Source: Tubiluchus corallicola (Eukaryota > Animalia > Priapulida). From it: a DNA stretch of 64,000 nucleotides. Shown here in pieces: positions 41,814 to 56,750 of this stretch. Position 1 is the stretch's first letter, and the number at the start of each line of letters is the position of its first letter. A program made the position numbers and the translations under genes. The DNA lies in the NCBI GenBank assembly GCA_030141605.1, contig JAQGDQ010000617.1, forward strand, positions 62,792 to 126,791, read 5' to 3'. The notes below the pieces were generated by a model. That model was not told the DNA's origin and searched no databases. It saw nothing but the letters and a program-made list of their open reading frames with translations.

Positions 41814-42723
41814 AGGAAAACCGGATACGATCTTGGGCTACAGCTCAAAACAATCTAATCTATCAAATATTGAAAAGGGACATTGTTTTTTTTTAAAGAA
41901 TCATCATTATCATCATCATCATCATCATCATCATCATACGCCCGTCACGTCTATTGTAGACATTGGGCAGGCAGAATTCTAAAATTAAAGAAATCTGCCT
42001 TCACACAGGTAAACGCAGCAGTAATCCAGCAAAAAACTAGACACTGCTACGCCAGTGGCTTGTCAGCACCACTTCCGAAAAATGAATGACGTACGTGAAA
42101 GAATTATTAGTGCAGAAACCTTTGTGTGACTAGTTCTTCGCCGTTACAAGCGCTTCGTCATTCGCAAGTTAGATGGGCACTAGCGTCTGTATTTCGGGGA
42201 AAGCGTTACACAAAAACAGGCCCTGTATATGTCTTATTTCCGATATGCTCAGTTGTGGCGAAGCTCACACGTTGAAGAGCACATGCATGATCCTTGCACA
42301 TGAATTTTTGATTTTAAACTTAAACTTTGCCTAGTTTTTGCATGTCACACTGAATATCTTACAGTAACACTTACTTCAATTTTAGCTTTCGAAAACACTT
42401 ACAACACGCTGGTGGAATATTTTTGCTGTTGAAAATTATGTTAGTTTGTGACGTCATCAAAAGTTGGGCTCGATTAAATTTTTAACCAATACCTTACAGT
42501 AACACTTACTTCAATTTTCACTTTCGAAAACACTTGCAACAGGCTGGTGGAATATTTTTGCTGTTGAAAATTATGTTAGTTTGTGACGTCATCAAAAGTT
42601 GAGCTCGATTAAATTTTTAACCAATTATTTAATTACCAGAAACGCTCTAGCATTATTGCGAAATGCGTTCTTTTTACCGTACTTCAAAGTGGGGTAGGAT
42701 ACGAAAAATTATCCTGCTTTCCA
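41814..42723 (+). mobile_element. Kolobok/T2-like MITE, family B, with internal tandem duplication
   Basis: GTAA|AGGAAAACCGGATACGATC...ATCCTGCTTTCCA|TTAA; an approximately 135-bp internal segment is repeated (about 42357-42630). Confidence 0.6.
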
Positions 42724-44945
42724 TTAAGCATCAAGATGAAAATTAGATTATTATACGCCCAAGATCAGGTGCAAAGCGTCTGAACTCCTTACAAACTGAA
42801 CTTTCTCTGTGACGATAACCAACTAAATCCAGTGTGTCGACATGAAAGAGTAGATCTTTTTTGGAAGAAGTGCTGACACTGCTTGACCTCGAAATAGATA
42901 TTTGTTATGTGTTGGGTCACGACAGGTCATAGATATATTTAGCGCATTTTTCCAATGCCTTCAAACACGTCTATATATTTATATAATGAAGCTCAAGCTT
43001 CAGGATAAGGGCATTTTTCAATGCTTTCATGCACTTGTGCATTTCATGTAGGCCTATGTTCAACATGATCAACATTTTGCGACAATTTAAGCTCTAGAGT
43101 CAAGACTTGTTTCTAAACTATGTACAATTGGTACATTACCTTCCACTAGCTCACATTTCTACAAATAATTTGCGCCTTTGTGCACAATTGGCAATTCAAC
43201 AACACTTAAATATGTAATGGGAGCACTACCAAAACCATAGGCCATAGTTTTTATTTTAAAACTTGCCTAGTTTTTGTACAGCACACCGAATATGTTACAG
43301 TAGCCCAGTTCTTCAATTTTCGCTATCTGAAACACGCGCAACAAGCTCGTGAAATATTCTAGCTGTTGAAAATTATGTTAATTTGTGATGTCATCAATAG
43401 TTGGGCTCGCCTGCCGTTAATTAAGTTTTTAATTTATTATTTAATTAGCACAAACGCTTTTGCAGTATTATTGGTGTTAAAATGTATACTTTCTATCAGA
43501 CTGTACTGGATTTAGCAATTTTAAGTTTAACACATATCATACTGCTTTTTCGAACACTTACATCTTACATATTACACTTACGTCTGCAACTGAATCTATC
43601 TATATCTATGGCCTGTTGTGGCCAAATTCTTAGCAATATTGAGAACTTTATGCAGTATATGTTAAATGGTTAAAAATTTCTGCGCTACGTTTTTGTAGCC
43701 ACAGACTTTTGAACCACGCATGAATTCTTCGAATCCCCAGGTAAAGATTCAACGCGAACCGTCAAGTGCATGGCTTCTTAAACAGGAACAGAAGTAACTT
43801 CTCTAACGTCTCCTCCTCCTAACAAATAATCTTCCTCAACGACAGTGACATTTTCCCGCCCACCATTAAGGCAACGCAGTTTCACATATTTTCGGTAAAA
43901 ACTCTCTAAACCGAGATTTGCGGGGATTTTAAAACAAAACTGGACCCAATCTTAAACTGTAGGTCAAAACAATCTACTCTTAAAAATATTCAAAGGAAAC
44001 ATACTATTTTTTTCAAAAACGACTTAAGTGAAAAAATTATTGCTACACAAACACAATTTCGTGTTCGCGCCACTAGTTCTTCGTGCATTTCACCATTTCC
44101 TAGTTAGACGGGCGCCTGTATTTCGGAAACCCATTACAATTAATTTTCTGGGACTAGGTCTACCGTGTCCTCACTTTCATGTTCACAAATATTTAGAAAT
44201 ACAAAACTTTGCAATGACTATCCATTGAATACAAAACTATCCAGTAGGTCACGATGCAGTGGAACAGAAAGATGACTGTCGTTCTACTAATCAGAAAACG
44301 AAGTAAACGCCTGCGTAAGATTGCAAGTTTAAAACCTGGTCAAAGTGATTTGCATGCTATGCAATCTCAGGATTTATTACCGCTTCGTGAAAATCCAACA
44401 GTCGTGGACGCGTGATCCATGTTAAGCAGATCAGATCCACGCCTAGGGATTCGGGACATTCAGGACAATCTCCACATTCAAAGTCAAATGTGTTTATTGC
44501 CGTATTGAATTTTCTATGATGTGACTGAGATATATCTCTTCAGATTTACGACGGTGTTTTCAAGCACCCCGCGTTTAGATGCGCCCCGATGAAACATGGA
44601 GATTTTAGTAAAACCGAACAGGTGATAATTTCTGCGGAAGCCGGCAGTGCGAAATTATCCGCTTTTTCACAAGATTGATGTCATGGCTTCCTCCAAGTTG
44701 AGACTGTTATTAATTGAAGCGATCAGTCCGAACCATTAACCATAGAATTTGCACTGATTTCATTATCGAAAATTGCCAAGCAGAAAGAAATTTGCTGCCT
44801 AAGACGGTTTTTGAATGCAAGAGTAGCACATAAATGAACTTCCATTGCTGGAGTGTCTATTAGATGATGCTGATCCTATAGACAATGGGCTAGCATCTTC
44901 ATGGCGTTGGACTGAATACAATCCACATTTTGAGGTGCTCTGAAC

Positions 44946-44947
<2 letters not shown>

Positions 44948-45044
<97 letters not shown>

Positions 45045-45074
45045 CACTAGTAATAGTAGTAGTAGTAGTAGTAA

Positions 45075-45166
<92 letters not shown>

Positions 45167-45197
45167 ATAGTAATAGTAGTAGTAGTAGTAGTAGTAA
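44948..45197. repeat. (TAG)n microsatellite
   Basis: Directly visible. Confidence 0.98.
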
Positions 45198-45619
45198 TTA
45201 CTTCTTGAGTACCCCACGAGTCATTTGCAGCTTAGCATCTTGTGTGCATAATAATAAATAAAGATAAATAAAATTGCGGAGTTTGCAGAGCCAAAAAAAA
45301 TATATGATGATACATTTCCCGTCTTTCCGTGTTATGTTCATATGTTACTTTCATGTATGTTATTTTATGTATAGTTACTACATAGCAACATAGCATATGT
45401 TAACACCGTTACTATATTTAATTTGATCTTAAATTCAGTACGAAAACTCTTTGAGCAAACCAGTGGCAACTTGTCGTTTTACATCGTTACAAATGGGAAT
45501 TTGGTCACCTACAGTAATATTTTGTCTCGCCTGCAGTCGGTTACTTGTAATTGGATTCAAGCGGAAAGGTGAAACATTCAAAGAATTGCAATAGTTGCAG
45601 TGAGAACAACACAAATCAT

Positions 45620-46002
45620 GTTGCCGTGTGCCGTGGCCATTGTCACTGGCATGGCATGTGTCGTGGCCATTGTCACTGGCATGGCATGTGTCGTGGCCAT
45701 GTCACTGGCATGGCATGTGTCGAGGCCATGTCACTGGCATGGCATGTGTCGTGGCCATTGTCACTGGCATGGCATGTGTCGTGGCCATTGTCACTGGCAT
45801 GTTATGTGCCGTGGCCGTTTTCACTGGCATGGCATGTGTCGTGGCCATTTTCACTGGCATGGCATGTGTCGTGGCCATTGTCACTGGATGGCATGTGTCG
45901 TGGCCATGCCACTGACATGGCATGTGGCGTGGCCATGTCACTGGCATGGCATGTGTCGTGGCTATTGTCACTGGCATGGCATGTGTCGTGGCCATGTCAC
46001 TG
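45620..46002. repeat. About 30-bp GC-rich minisatellite
   Basis: Unit GTGGCCATTGTCACTGGCATGGCATGTGTC. Confidence 0.95.
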
Positions 46003-46867
46003 AAGGCAAACACTATCAAAGCACGGCTACGAAAACAAAGCTATAATAAAACCAAATCAACTTCTGTAAAATAAAATATATACGTAATATAAAAGCGTTC
46101 ACAAAGGCAGTTAATATCATAATTCATTTGTAGAAATAATAGATTCACGCACGTTGCTTAATTAAGATAATTATGCAACTTGAATTCATATTTGCAGTCA
46201 ACTTTGCAATCACAATGCGTAACATGCAACCTGTTTTTTGCACGTAGGGTTTCACAGGTATCAGGTAAAATAGATGAAGATGTCGTACTTAAAGGACAAA
46301 CAGAATGTAGGGAATTTTGACAGCAGCGAGATTCGAACCCGGACTTGCGCTTGTCCGCTGTTTTTTACTCACGCCATTCGGTTAAACTGGGCGAACCCCG
46401 GTGTAGCAGGTGAAATTAACTCCAAGCCAGAGAACACCCCGGTGGATAAACTGTCCTAGAGCAAACTATACCCGGGGGGGGGGATTAGCCAAGGCCAAAA
46501 TATACCATCCAGCTCAAAATGTGCCCTTCTTGTGTGTCATGACTTTTAGCACATTATGAACAGCCAAGTTGTTTGAATATTATGTTACAACTGCATCATG
46601 CTATTTTGGGCATGTGCTTTTACTTTAATGTGTGAACACTATTGAGAAGTGTGGTAGTAATCTTTGATCTTTGCAGAGTCTAATATTCTCACTAATTGTG
46701 CTTTTCCTGTTTGAAGTAATAAACGTCTCTGTGTTCAGAGGTGTGGTCTTCAAGATTTAAGCAGGTAGCTTTCTCACTTGACTTACTGGGCAAAGCTAAA
46801 ATCACAATAAAATGTTTAAAAATTAATTTATTGTTGTACTTATCACTCTACACTGCTGATATCATGG

Positions 46868-47335
46868 GGTGTATAATCTGGCCTGGGGGTATGAATTAAT
46901 TGGCCTAGGCCATAATAACCCAGGGGTATAATCTATCCTAGGCCACTTTAACCCCCGGGTATAATCTAGCCTGGGGGTATGAATTAATTGGCCTAGGCCA
47001 TAATATCTTCGGGGCATAATCCATCCTAGGCCACTTTAGCCCTCGGGTATAATCTGGCCTGGGGGTATGAATTAATTGGCCTAGGCCATAATATCCTCGG
47101 GGCATAATCCATCCTAGGCCACTTTAACCCCCGGGTATAATCTGGCCTGGGGGTAGGAATTAATTGGCCTAGGCCATAATATGCCCGGGGTATAATTTAT
47201 CGAAGGCCACTTTAACCACCGTGTGTAATCTGGCCTGGGGGTATGAATTAATTGGCCTAGGCCATAATATCCTCGGGGCATAATGCATACTAGGCCACTT
47301 TAACCCCAGGGTATAATCTGGACTGGTTGTATGTT
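46868..47335. repeat. About 88-bp minisatellite with internal GGCCTAGGCC palindromes
   Basis: About 5 units of GGGTATAATCTGGCCTGGGGGTATGAATTAATTGGCCTAGGCCATAAT... Confidence 0.9.
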
Positions 47336-47690
47336 ATGGCCTGTTACGCTGGCAGTAGTTATGAAACGTGATTATGGAAATTGTGTATTGTTTACTATTA
47401 CTGCACGCACGTCAAAACGAAAGGTCATGTTCGTCGTGTTAGTTGTAGAGAAAAATAAATTGAATTGAATTGAACTGAATTGTGCTAAGTTCAAGCAAAA
47501 AGTGACATGTACAGTAAGACGGTACAGTTATGACATGTACAGTTAGACGGTACAGTAAAATAATTAAGTGGTTATTGGAGGAAGATTTCCTTCATAATAA
47601 AACATTCTTGGATAAACGTTTAAGGATGTTTCAGGCAATTAGTAGTTCATTGTCAGGTGTCAAATACGTGGCGAGAATCGAACGAGTTAA

Positions 47691-48259
47691 AGGAAAACAG
47701 ATTATTTTTTCATATACTACCTCATTTTTAACAACGGTAAAAATATATATTTTAACACTTATAACAATGCCAAAGTGTTTCTGAAAACTAAATGATATGT
47801 TAGAAATTTAATTAGCGGCTTAAGAGCGCGATTAGTGATGACATCACAACTGAACATAAGTTTCAACAGCACAAATATTCCGCGAGGTTTTTTCACGTGT
47901 TTGCGAAAGCGAAAATGGAAGTACAGTGCTACCCTACAACATTTTCGTGCATTATATACAAAAACTCGGCATACTTTAAGTTAAAAATTCAGATTTCATG
48001 TTTTACACTATGCTCACGCATGAGCTGTTTAACGTGTGCACTACGTCACAACTGAACACCTCAGAACTGGAAAGGATATATATATATATATATATATAGC
48101 ACCTGCTTTTGTGCTACAGTGCGTTTCAGAGATGCAGGTCGTAAGTTTCCAATAATTTTTTCCACGTAAGTCGTTCTTGAAAAAATAGTATATTCTCTTT
48201 CAATATTTTATAAGGTAGATTGTTTTGAGTTATAGCTTAATATCGGGTATCATTTTCCT
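47691..48259 (-). mobile_element. Kolobok/T2-like MITE, family B
   Basis: TTAA|AGGAAAA...TTTTCCT|TTAA; shares internal sequence with copies at about 360-728, 2480-3035, 41814-42723, 43250-43500, 43930-44130, 27450-27637 and 49450-49615. Confidence 0.7.
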
Positions 48260-48873
48260 TTAAACTATTAAAATGCACTAAGCATATAACTTGGTAAAAC
48301 GAATGAGATCATTTACTGTCAATACTTTTAAATTACTTTAAATAAACATGTCCGTTAACTTTGTGCAATTACTAAGATTTGAGGAAGTCAACCCTCAGTC
48401 AGAATAAGTCAATTGACTGACATTTTCAACTGAGAAACTTTATAAAAATGACTGATTTTTCCCCAAAGGTTTCGTGTCGTCAAAAAAAAACCAAGCATAT
48501 CAACTATTTGATTAGAGTTCACTTGCTTAAACCTGAACTTACCGATTTCGGTTTTGTGAGGTTTCGCAATTTTTATCAAACCACGAATTAGCATTGCCAT
48601 CAGTATTATTGTAACGACGTTAACTTAGTAGCTATTATCATTATTCAGTATAAATTCAATGTATTTCTTATTTTATTATATTATGTATCATAATTATATT
48701 ATTATATTATACTATTATTACATTATCGTATTATTATTTTATATATGTATATTAAATTAAATTGATTATAATTATTCAGGATAATTAGAAATACCCTTCT
48801 TTCTGGAAACATGATTTATTCTTGCTGAACAACCCGAGCTGTTTAGTTGTAACAGAACTTCGATATTTGTCCA

Positions 48874-49365
<492 letters not shown>

Positions 49366-50094
49366 ATAAATAATTATTTATTTATTTATTTATTTTATTC
49401 CAGACATTTACAGTCCACAGAACAACAGTTAGTTAGCAGAAACAGAGTCAGCTTAGATGTCATAAGTAGTTGGGTTCGCCCGCCGGTAATTAAGATTTCA
49501 ATCTATTATTTAATTACCAGAAACGCTTTTGCAGTATTGATTGTGTTAAAATGCATACATTTTATCGGATTTGAAAATGGGGAGGTATATGAAAAATCAT
49601 CCTGTCTTCCTTTAATATAGGACACAGTAAAACCCCACCGTAAGTAAATTTGAAAAATGAAAGATAATAACGTAGAATATAAAAACGTGTTGGGTTTGTT
49701 ACAGGGTAGATATGTTACACTAGCCTAGAAGAGCATATGCGTAACATCAATTTACCAAAATTATATTCTCTGCATAGCTCTGGCACGTGATAGTGTAAAT
49801 TGTACCAAAAATACTGTAGTGGGAAGGTTGTGATTTCTTTAAATAAAAAGTGACATAAAATTTGTTGATATTGTAAGATCTTTGTCAAGCAGATTTCGTT
49901 CAAATTATTTACAATTTGAAAACTTCAGAATATAAAATTTATTTTTTGCAATAATTAAAGAAAAGCATTGCAGGAAAATGATAAATGATTTGTTTATATT
50001 GTAACATGTTTATCAAGTCAATGTCGTTCCTGTTATCTACAATTTGAAAATTACAAAAATATCAAATTTGTTCTTCGTAATTTAATAAGAAAGT

Positions 50095-50188
<94 letters not shown>

Positions 50189-50476
50189 TATAATAATAAT
50201 AATAAAATATAATAATAATAATAATAATAATAAACCTGGGCTAAAAGGTGCTTAGAGCAGCAAGAAAAAATAGAGTTATTTTGATTTTTTCTGCAATTTA
50301 TTCCAAAAGTTGCAAAAATCAAACATTTTCAGGAAAATATTAGTTTCTGTAATATATTAATAATAATAATCTTTATTTAAAGTCGGCTTTTGGGTCAACA
50401 ATTAACATTAGCTCAAAGAGATATTATCGCCGACTGTAAATAACAATCTACAACTACATAACAGATACTATTATTA

Positions 50477-50593
50477 CCCCACTTTTACCCTAAATAGCAC
50501 GCGTCAGGCAGGGCAACAGCAGGTAGAATTTTTAAAGTCTTTGGTCGAACTCACGACCTCCCAGACGGAAAGCAGACGCATTACCATTAGACT
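50477..50593 (-). mobile_element. tRNA-derived SINE (5' part)
   Basis: Minus strand: GTCTAATGGTAATGCGTCTG (A-box-like)...GAGGTCGTGAGTTCGA (B-box-like), followed by a CCAAAGACTTTAAAAAT...CCTGCTGTTGCCCTGCC body. Confidence 0.65.
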
Positions 50594-51609
50594 GTATTAC
50601 ATAAAATATTACGTTTGTGTCTTTGGGTAGAAGAATTTCTATAATAAATTCGTGTTTTCAAAACGGAAATAAACTAACAGTTGAATTGAATTAAATTGAA
50701 CAGCAGTGCAGCTTGTTTAATTGTAGCTATAACTACAGCTGTACCGCAGCCATTGTGTGTAAATGTAAGTCAAATGAAGCAAATACAGAAAACTAGGTTA
50801 GAATTCCAAATTTGTTGGTGCCAGACGCGTGTCTGACTCCACTTTGTTTACAACACACAGAAGACAAGTGGACAACCAAACGAAAACATTTGAAATAAAG
50901 CTTAGTCATCATACACAGTTTTTACATACAGCGTTTCTAAACAGAGCAAAAGGCTAGAACAGTGGCAGGTCACGCCTAACTCACAGTCGAATTATTCTCG
51001 TATTTACGTTGTATATAAACTATACTATAGCATACTACTCTAACAATTTTTGCCGTAAAACTAATAAAATCTAATTAGATTAGCTGGCGTTGACGTTTTG
51101 ATACATTTTTTTAGGCTTTGAACTGTGAAAAACTAGAATCGAGCCAGGTTCGGTGTTCGACTCCCGGATGGTTCACAAATTTCTTCAGTTAAATAATTTA
51201 TCATCGCTGATTTCATATAAAACGTTAATTATTAATTTATTAATTATAGTTCTAGTTTATCATAGCACGATAGGTACAAATTTCTGCTTCCTTTAGTTTT
51301 AATTGCTAGTGATAAAATTGAACATGCATTAGATTTGATATCTTCTTTTTCGCGCTAAATTCAATTTTAAAATGTTCTAAAACGGAAATGACTACACAGA
51401 GAAACATATAATTATCTATCTTGTAGTTTGTAGCAAGTTATAAGTAACACCTAACATACTATAACTATAACTGTAACTGTAACTGTAACTGTAAATATAA
51501 AATAACATCGAAACGAATCTAATCCGTTTTGCTTCACGCATGCATGCATGTGTGTGTGTGTGTGTGTGTGCGTGCGTGCATGCGTGCGCGTGCGTGCGTA
51601 TATATATAC

Positions 51610-51656
<47 letters not shown>

Positions 51657-54026
51657 AAGCTTGCAGCTATATAGAGATTATGTTTAATAGATAATACGTA
51701 TATCGATATATACACATATCCACATACATACACACACACACACAAATACACACGCACCGCACCGTCTGACACACACCAACGCACACACGCACGCACACAC
51801 GCACACACACACACATACACACACACACAAATACACACGCACCAGCAACGTCTGATACACACCAACGCGCACACGCATGCACATACACGCACGCACACGC
51901 ACGCACACACGCACACACAAACACACACACACACAACTATTATATGACGCCATTCTACAACAATGCTACATGTGCTGCCATCTACAAGTGACAATGCATA
52001 CCTTACAATGTGCATGATTAGAATAAAAAACTTAGTAGATTGTACAAATACACTTTTACTCAAAATAAATTCATTATTTAAATATAGTATATAAGTCCAT
52101 GTTTTGAAAAAACTCCAGACATTTCAATATCATTTTCCGTATTATAAATACAGCAGTTAATGTTTGTAAATAAGTCTGTTTACACGCTGTTCAAAAGTGA
52201 TTCTACATCCAACACCTGACCACATTTATCAAAACCTGACAGAAATCCAGTGTAAATTTTGTTGCAACGGAGCAGATAAAGAGAAGACCTCCAGGGAGGG
52301 AACAGATCAAATCACACACTGACTTCGCCTAGTCTGTAGACTTCTCTAAGTTTTTTCAAAAAATAATTTTTTTCGATGTTTATCTGGTAGTCTTACTGTT
52401 CAAGCTAAGTAATAAATTTTTAATTTTTTTGCTTTACTTGCAGTATCTTCGAGCCCTAGGCTCAAGCCAACTAGGGTTAAAAGCTATAAAGAACGAAAAG
52501 TAGATCTATAAATTCCAATCAATTTATGTAGTTCAAGCCAATTTGTACAAACATTCTACAGTACATTCGAAATAAACAATTTTTATTAAAACTTGAAAGG
52601 AAGAACCAATCCTCGAACGACATTTATTGCAATTTAATGTACGACTAAAAACATTGAAAACACCACACAATATATGCGCATAGAATTCTTTGCTTAAAAA
52701 CGTAAAAGAAATTTAAATATTTTTTATCTTCCGCCAAACGAACGTCGCTGCCGGCATATTTAAAAAAAATGACGTAATCTGGTGTCTGCTGGGCAACGTG
52801 AATGCCGTGAAGGCCAAGCTGTCTGAAGATACGCGTTGAAAAATTTCTACAGTTTGCTTAGAAGTTCCGTCATTCTAATGTTGTGTTTAACTGTGTTTAT
52901 CTAGAAATTAGTCATTCGATCAATTATGATCAAATTTAAAGTGGTTACATCGGTTTAATCTACAGTATTACACCTTAAAATGTGTAAGTAATTAACATTA
53001 ATTGTGTAAATAATTAATTTACAGATTTTTGTTGACTTTTAGATACGCATGTAAACTTGCCAGCACGTAGTAGGTACCGGACTGGTTACTTAGTTTACAA
53101 ACTTCGCTCTATAAGGTAAAAAAGATTCTGAAGCACCTGGCGGTGTTTATATTGCACAGAAACCAGATGACGTCATTTTTCGTCTGAAATAAGCGCGCCC
53201 AAGCCTAACTTTAAACTGATTTTACTAATTACACGAGATGCTTATCACAATTTTATTGCTGAAACTTTCTAATATTTTCCCAAGTATTAAAATAAGCTTA
53301 ACATCCCGAGAAACTTAGCTTCTGCTTTAAGATATAAGATACTAAAAACATTACAAAGGTTTCGACTACAGAGTCTAGCAGTCACGTTCAGTGTGACAGA
53401 GTGTAACAGCAATCATGTTTATAGGAGAAGCCATCAGTATACAAAATAACATGTTTTCACATGAAGCCAAAGATGTTGTAAAACAGGCCTGTATAGAAAA
53501 AAGACATACAGTAAAAAATTACAGCTAGGTGTATGAAAGGTATAGGTAAATAAATATTGCTCTTGTCCTTCACTATTTCTATTGAATTGATGGTAGCTAA
53601 AATTACTGCATAATTTTACAATACAACAACACAAAACACAACATACAGATAAACAAATTACCAAACACAGCGAATTAAACAATTTACATTATAAATAAAT
53701 AAATAAACAATCACGCATTAATTATAGCAACATCAGATCTTTAAAAGCCAAATTCATATGGGTTACTCTCTTATGCTCTAAGTTTTGTGAATCATTTTTA
53801 AATATCCTAAATAGAGCAATTTTATCAATGCACTTTTTTTCAAAAAACAGTCAAATTCACGCTACATCAGTTCATTGTTATACATTGTTCATCACTTATA
53901 TAATACATGATGAGAAAACTCAGAGAAAACTTTAAACAAAATTGTGCCGAAACAGATGTTGAAATTTCGTATTTAATTTTGTCAGTTTTTGGAGTTTTTT
54001 GTTCGTGTTTTTAAAGGAAGACAGGA

Positions 54027-54062
<36 letters not shown>

Positions 54063-55059
54063 CCCTACCTAGAATGGAGAGCCACAATATATATATTATA
54101 TATATATAGCCCTACCTAGAATGGAGAGCCATAATATATATATATACATTTATAGGTACAATTTGTTTAGCTATTCAAGTTGGATTTTGTGTTAACACTC
54201 GGTACCAAAATAGTTAAAACAGTTTATACATTGTTTTGCTTTGACGATTAATTCCTTTTTCACCGCAGAACTTATGCATGTCAAATCCACCTGAGTTCAT
54301 CTAGAATGTTTCAATTTAACCTTGTCAGGTTTATTATGTCTTTTAGTCGGAATACAACATAAAAACAACAATTTTATTTTATCAATTCCAGTCAATTCCA
54401 AATTTCAATTAAAAATCGAAATGTGCAAAAATCATCATTATTACCTAATACGATGGAGCAAGAAATAATAATAAAGATATTTTAGTGTGTTAAACCATGT
54501 ATAATCGTACAGGAGTTTCAATTTAAACTGCGCTAATTAATACAGTGTGAAATTCAAAACAGTTCTAATTATACGAGCATGTTAAACTTTTGTATACATT
54601 TAGATACTAAAAGTTTGCAATTTGTAAGCGCATTACGATCTACACATCGTGTGGCGCAAAAATTTTAAATACAATATTATAAGAAAAAAACAGTATCGAT
54701 TAAAAATTGCCGCCCTGATGTGACAGACGTTTTAGTAAAAACATAAAAAATTTCAAATTATTTCCTTAGATTCTTCTAAAAATACGGAAGTTTTAAAACA
54801 ACAAGTCGAAAAACTAAATGCCGAAAAAAACTTTGTTTTGTCACTATTGTTAAAATTTACGTCAAGTGCTCTATGTGTCCACCATTTTCACTGCGAACCA
54901 GACGAAGTTATTTCCTAAATAAGGCTGACACAGTTTCTCAGTTTTTCAAGATGTAATTAGTCCCAGAATTCAACAATTTCTGCCTTTAGTTCCTCTGCAT
55001 CAAACGTCTCTGTGCGGCCATAGTACATTTCCTCTGTTAGGGAATTTCAGTTGCTTTTA

Positions 55060-55440
55060 TCTCAGATACTATTATCCCAGATACTATTATCCCAGATACT
55101 ATTATTTCAGATACTATTGTTCCAGAAACTATTATTCCAGATACTATTATTTCAGATAGTATTATTCCAGAAACTATTATTCCAGACACTATTATTCCAG
55201 TTACTATTATTCCGGATACTATTATTCCAGATATTATTATTCCAGTTACTATTATTCCGGATACTATTATTCCAGATACTATTATTCCAGACACTATTAT
55301 TCCAGATACTAATATTCCAGTTGTTATTATTCCAGTTACTATTATTCCAGTTACTATTTTTCCGGATACTATTATTCCGGATACTATTATTGCAGATACT
55401 ATTATTCCAGTTGTTATTATTCCAGTTACTATTATTCAAT
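55060..55440. repeat. 15-bp minisatellite (CCAG(A/T)TACTATTATT)n
   Basis: Visible tandem array; source of the SGIIV/QILLF ORFs. Confidence 0.95.
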
Positions 55441-55859
55441 ATTATTCAGAGGATTAAGTCTCAATTTTTCTTGTGCATTAGATGTAAGAGGTAACGCTAG
55501 CGTAGAACACATACGGACTGTAAATTTCATTAAAGAACTTATATGGGCTCTAGAACGTAATTGTTTTCATTTTTTGACAGGAATGAAGTAATACTAACAT
55601 ATTATCTTACGGTAACTGAATTTATATATTCACATTGCTTACTGTTAATTAATTACTAATCTTGCTAATTAATGTTATTTTCTTTTTGATTTATTTGTAT
55701 ATTTTGATGTGATTGTACCACGAGTATGAGTAAGAATGATACAATTATGTGTATATGAGTACGAATAAGAATGATATAATTATATGTGTATACGAGTACG
55801 AATAAGAATGATATAATCATATCTGTATACGAGTACGAATAGGAATGATATAATCATAT

Positions 55860-56002
55860 GTATATATAAACTTGTAACTTCCACAGCTAGATGATAATGT
55901 ACAGTAATATCACGCTGTGAAATTTCAACTGTGCAGAGCACTTGCTTCTAATATTATTGCACGCTAAACATGGGCATATTTTTTCTGCGCCACCCTGTAT
56001 AT
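55860..56002 (-). mobile_element. Tc1/mariner-like terminal fragment (also at 26968-27105 + and 63506-63648 -)
   Basis: Minus-strand end TA|CAGGGTGGCGCAGAAAA; about 140 bp is the reverse complement of 26968-27105. Confidence 0.55.
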
Positions 56003-56279
56003 GTACCTCCAATACCACTAGTCCTTCGCCATAATTGGTTCAAAAAGCGGTGCAAAGGGAAGAGAAAAGCCGCCGACAATGACAGGTTTTTCTATATAAA
56101 TGGCTGACTGCTCATATTTCTGTGGATTCGCCTACAACTAATTGAGCAAAGTTGACAAGGTGATATATATTCGACTCAAACTGTACAGCATTCCTAGCAA
56201 TGTTCTAGATACGGAGAGTTAAACTATTATCACATTGTTGGCACTTACTTACATAAGCCAACAATACTTATATGCAAAT

Positions 56280-56750
56280 ATATAGACTGTCTTATTGTAG
56301 ATATTTTAACAAGACAATATAGTCTTACTTATATACAGAAATATAGCTTATCGTAGTAATTTTAACCATTTTTAGAGTAGAAAGAAAGTAAAAGAAACTG
56401 CTTGAAAATATATTCTTATATAAGACAACAGTACTTATATTTATATACAAAAATATAGGCTGTCTTATCGTAGTAATTTTAATAAGACAATATAAACTTA
56501 CTTATATACAGAAATATATTCTTATCGTAGTAATTTTAACTATTTTTAAAGTAGAAAGAAAGTAAAAGAAACTGCTTGAAAATATATACTTATACAGCCA
56601 ACAGTACTTATATTTATATACAAAAATATGGACTGTCTTATCGTAGTAATTTTAATAAGACAATATAAACTTACTTATATACAGAAATATAGTCTTATCG
56701 TAGTAATTTTAACTATTTTTAGATTAGAAAGAAAGTAAAAGAAACTTATT
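56280..56750. repeat. About 185-bp tandem repeat
   Basis: GTAGAAAGAAAGTAAAAGAAACTG and CTTATCGTAGTAATTTTAA recur periodically. Confidence 0.85.

Noticed and set aside
45551-46046. Cys/His-rich repeat ORF (HWHGMCRGHC)n resembling a metal-binding protein
   Set aside because: A 30-bp minisatellite open in several frames on both strands, with no splice or codon evidence.
46325-46350. B-box-like GAGATTCGAACCC (and GGTGTTCGACTCCC at about 51152-51165) as tRNA genes
   Set aside because: No cloverleaf can be built; probably SINE remnants.
55037-55494. Pentapeptide-repeat-like ORFs (SGIIV)n, also 62549-63140
   Set aside because: A 15-bp minisatellite with multiple frames open.
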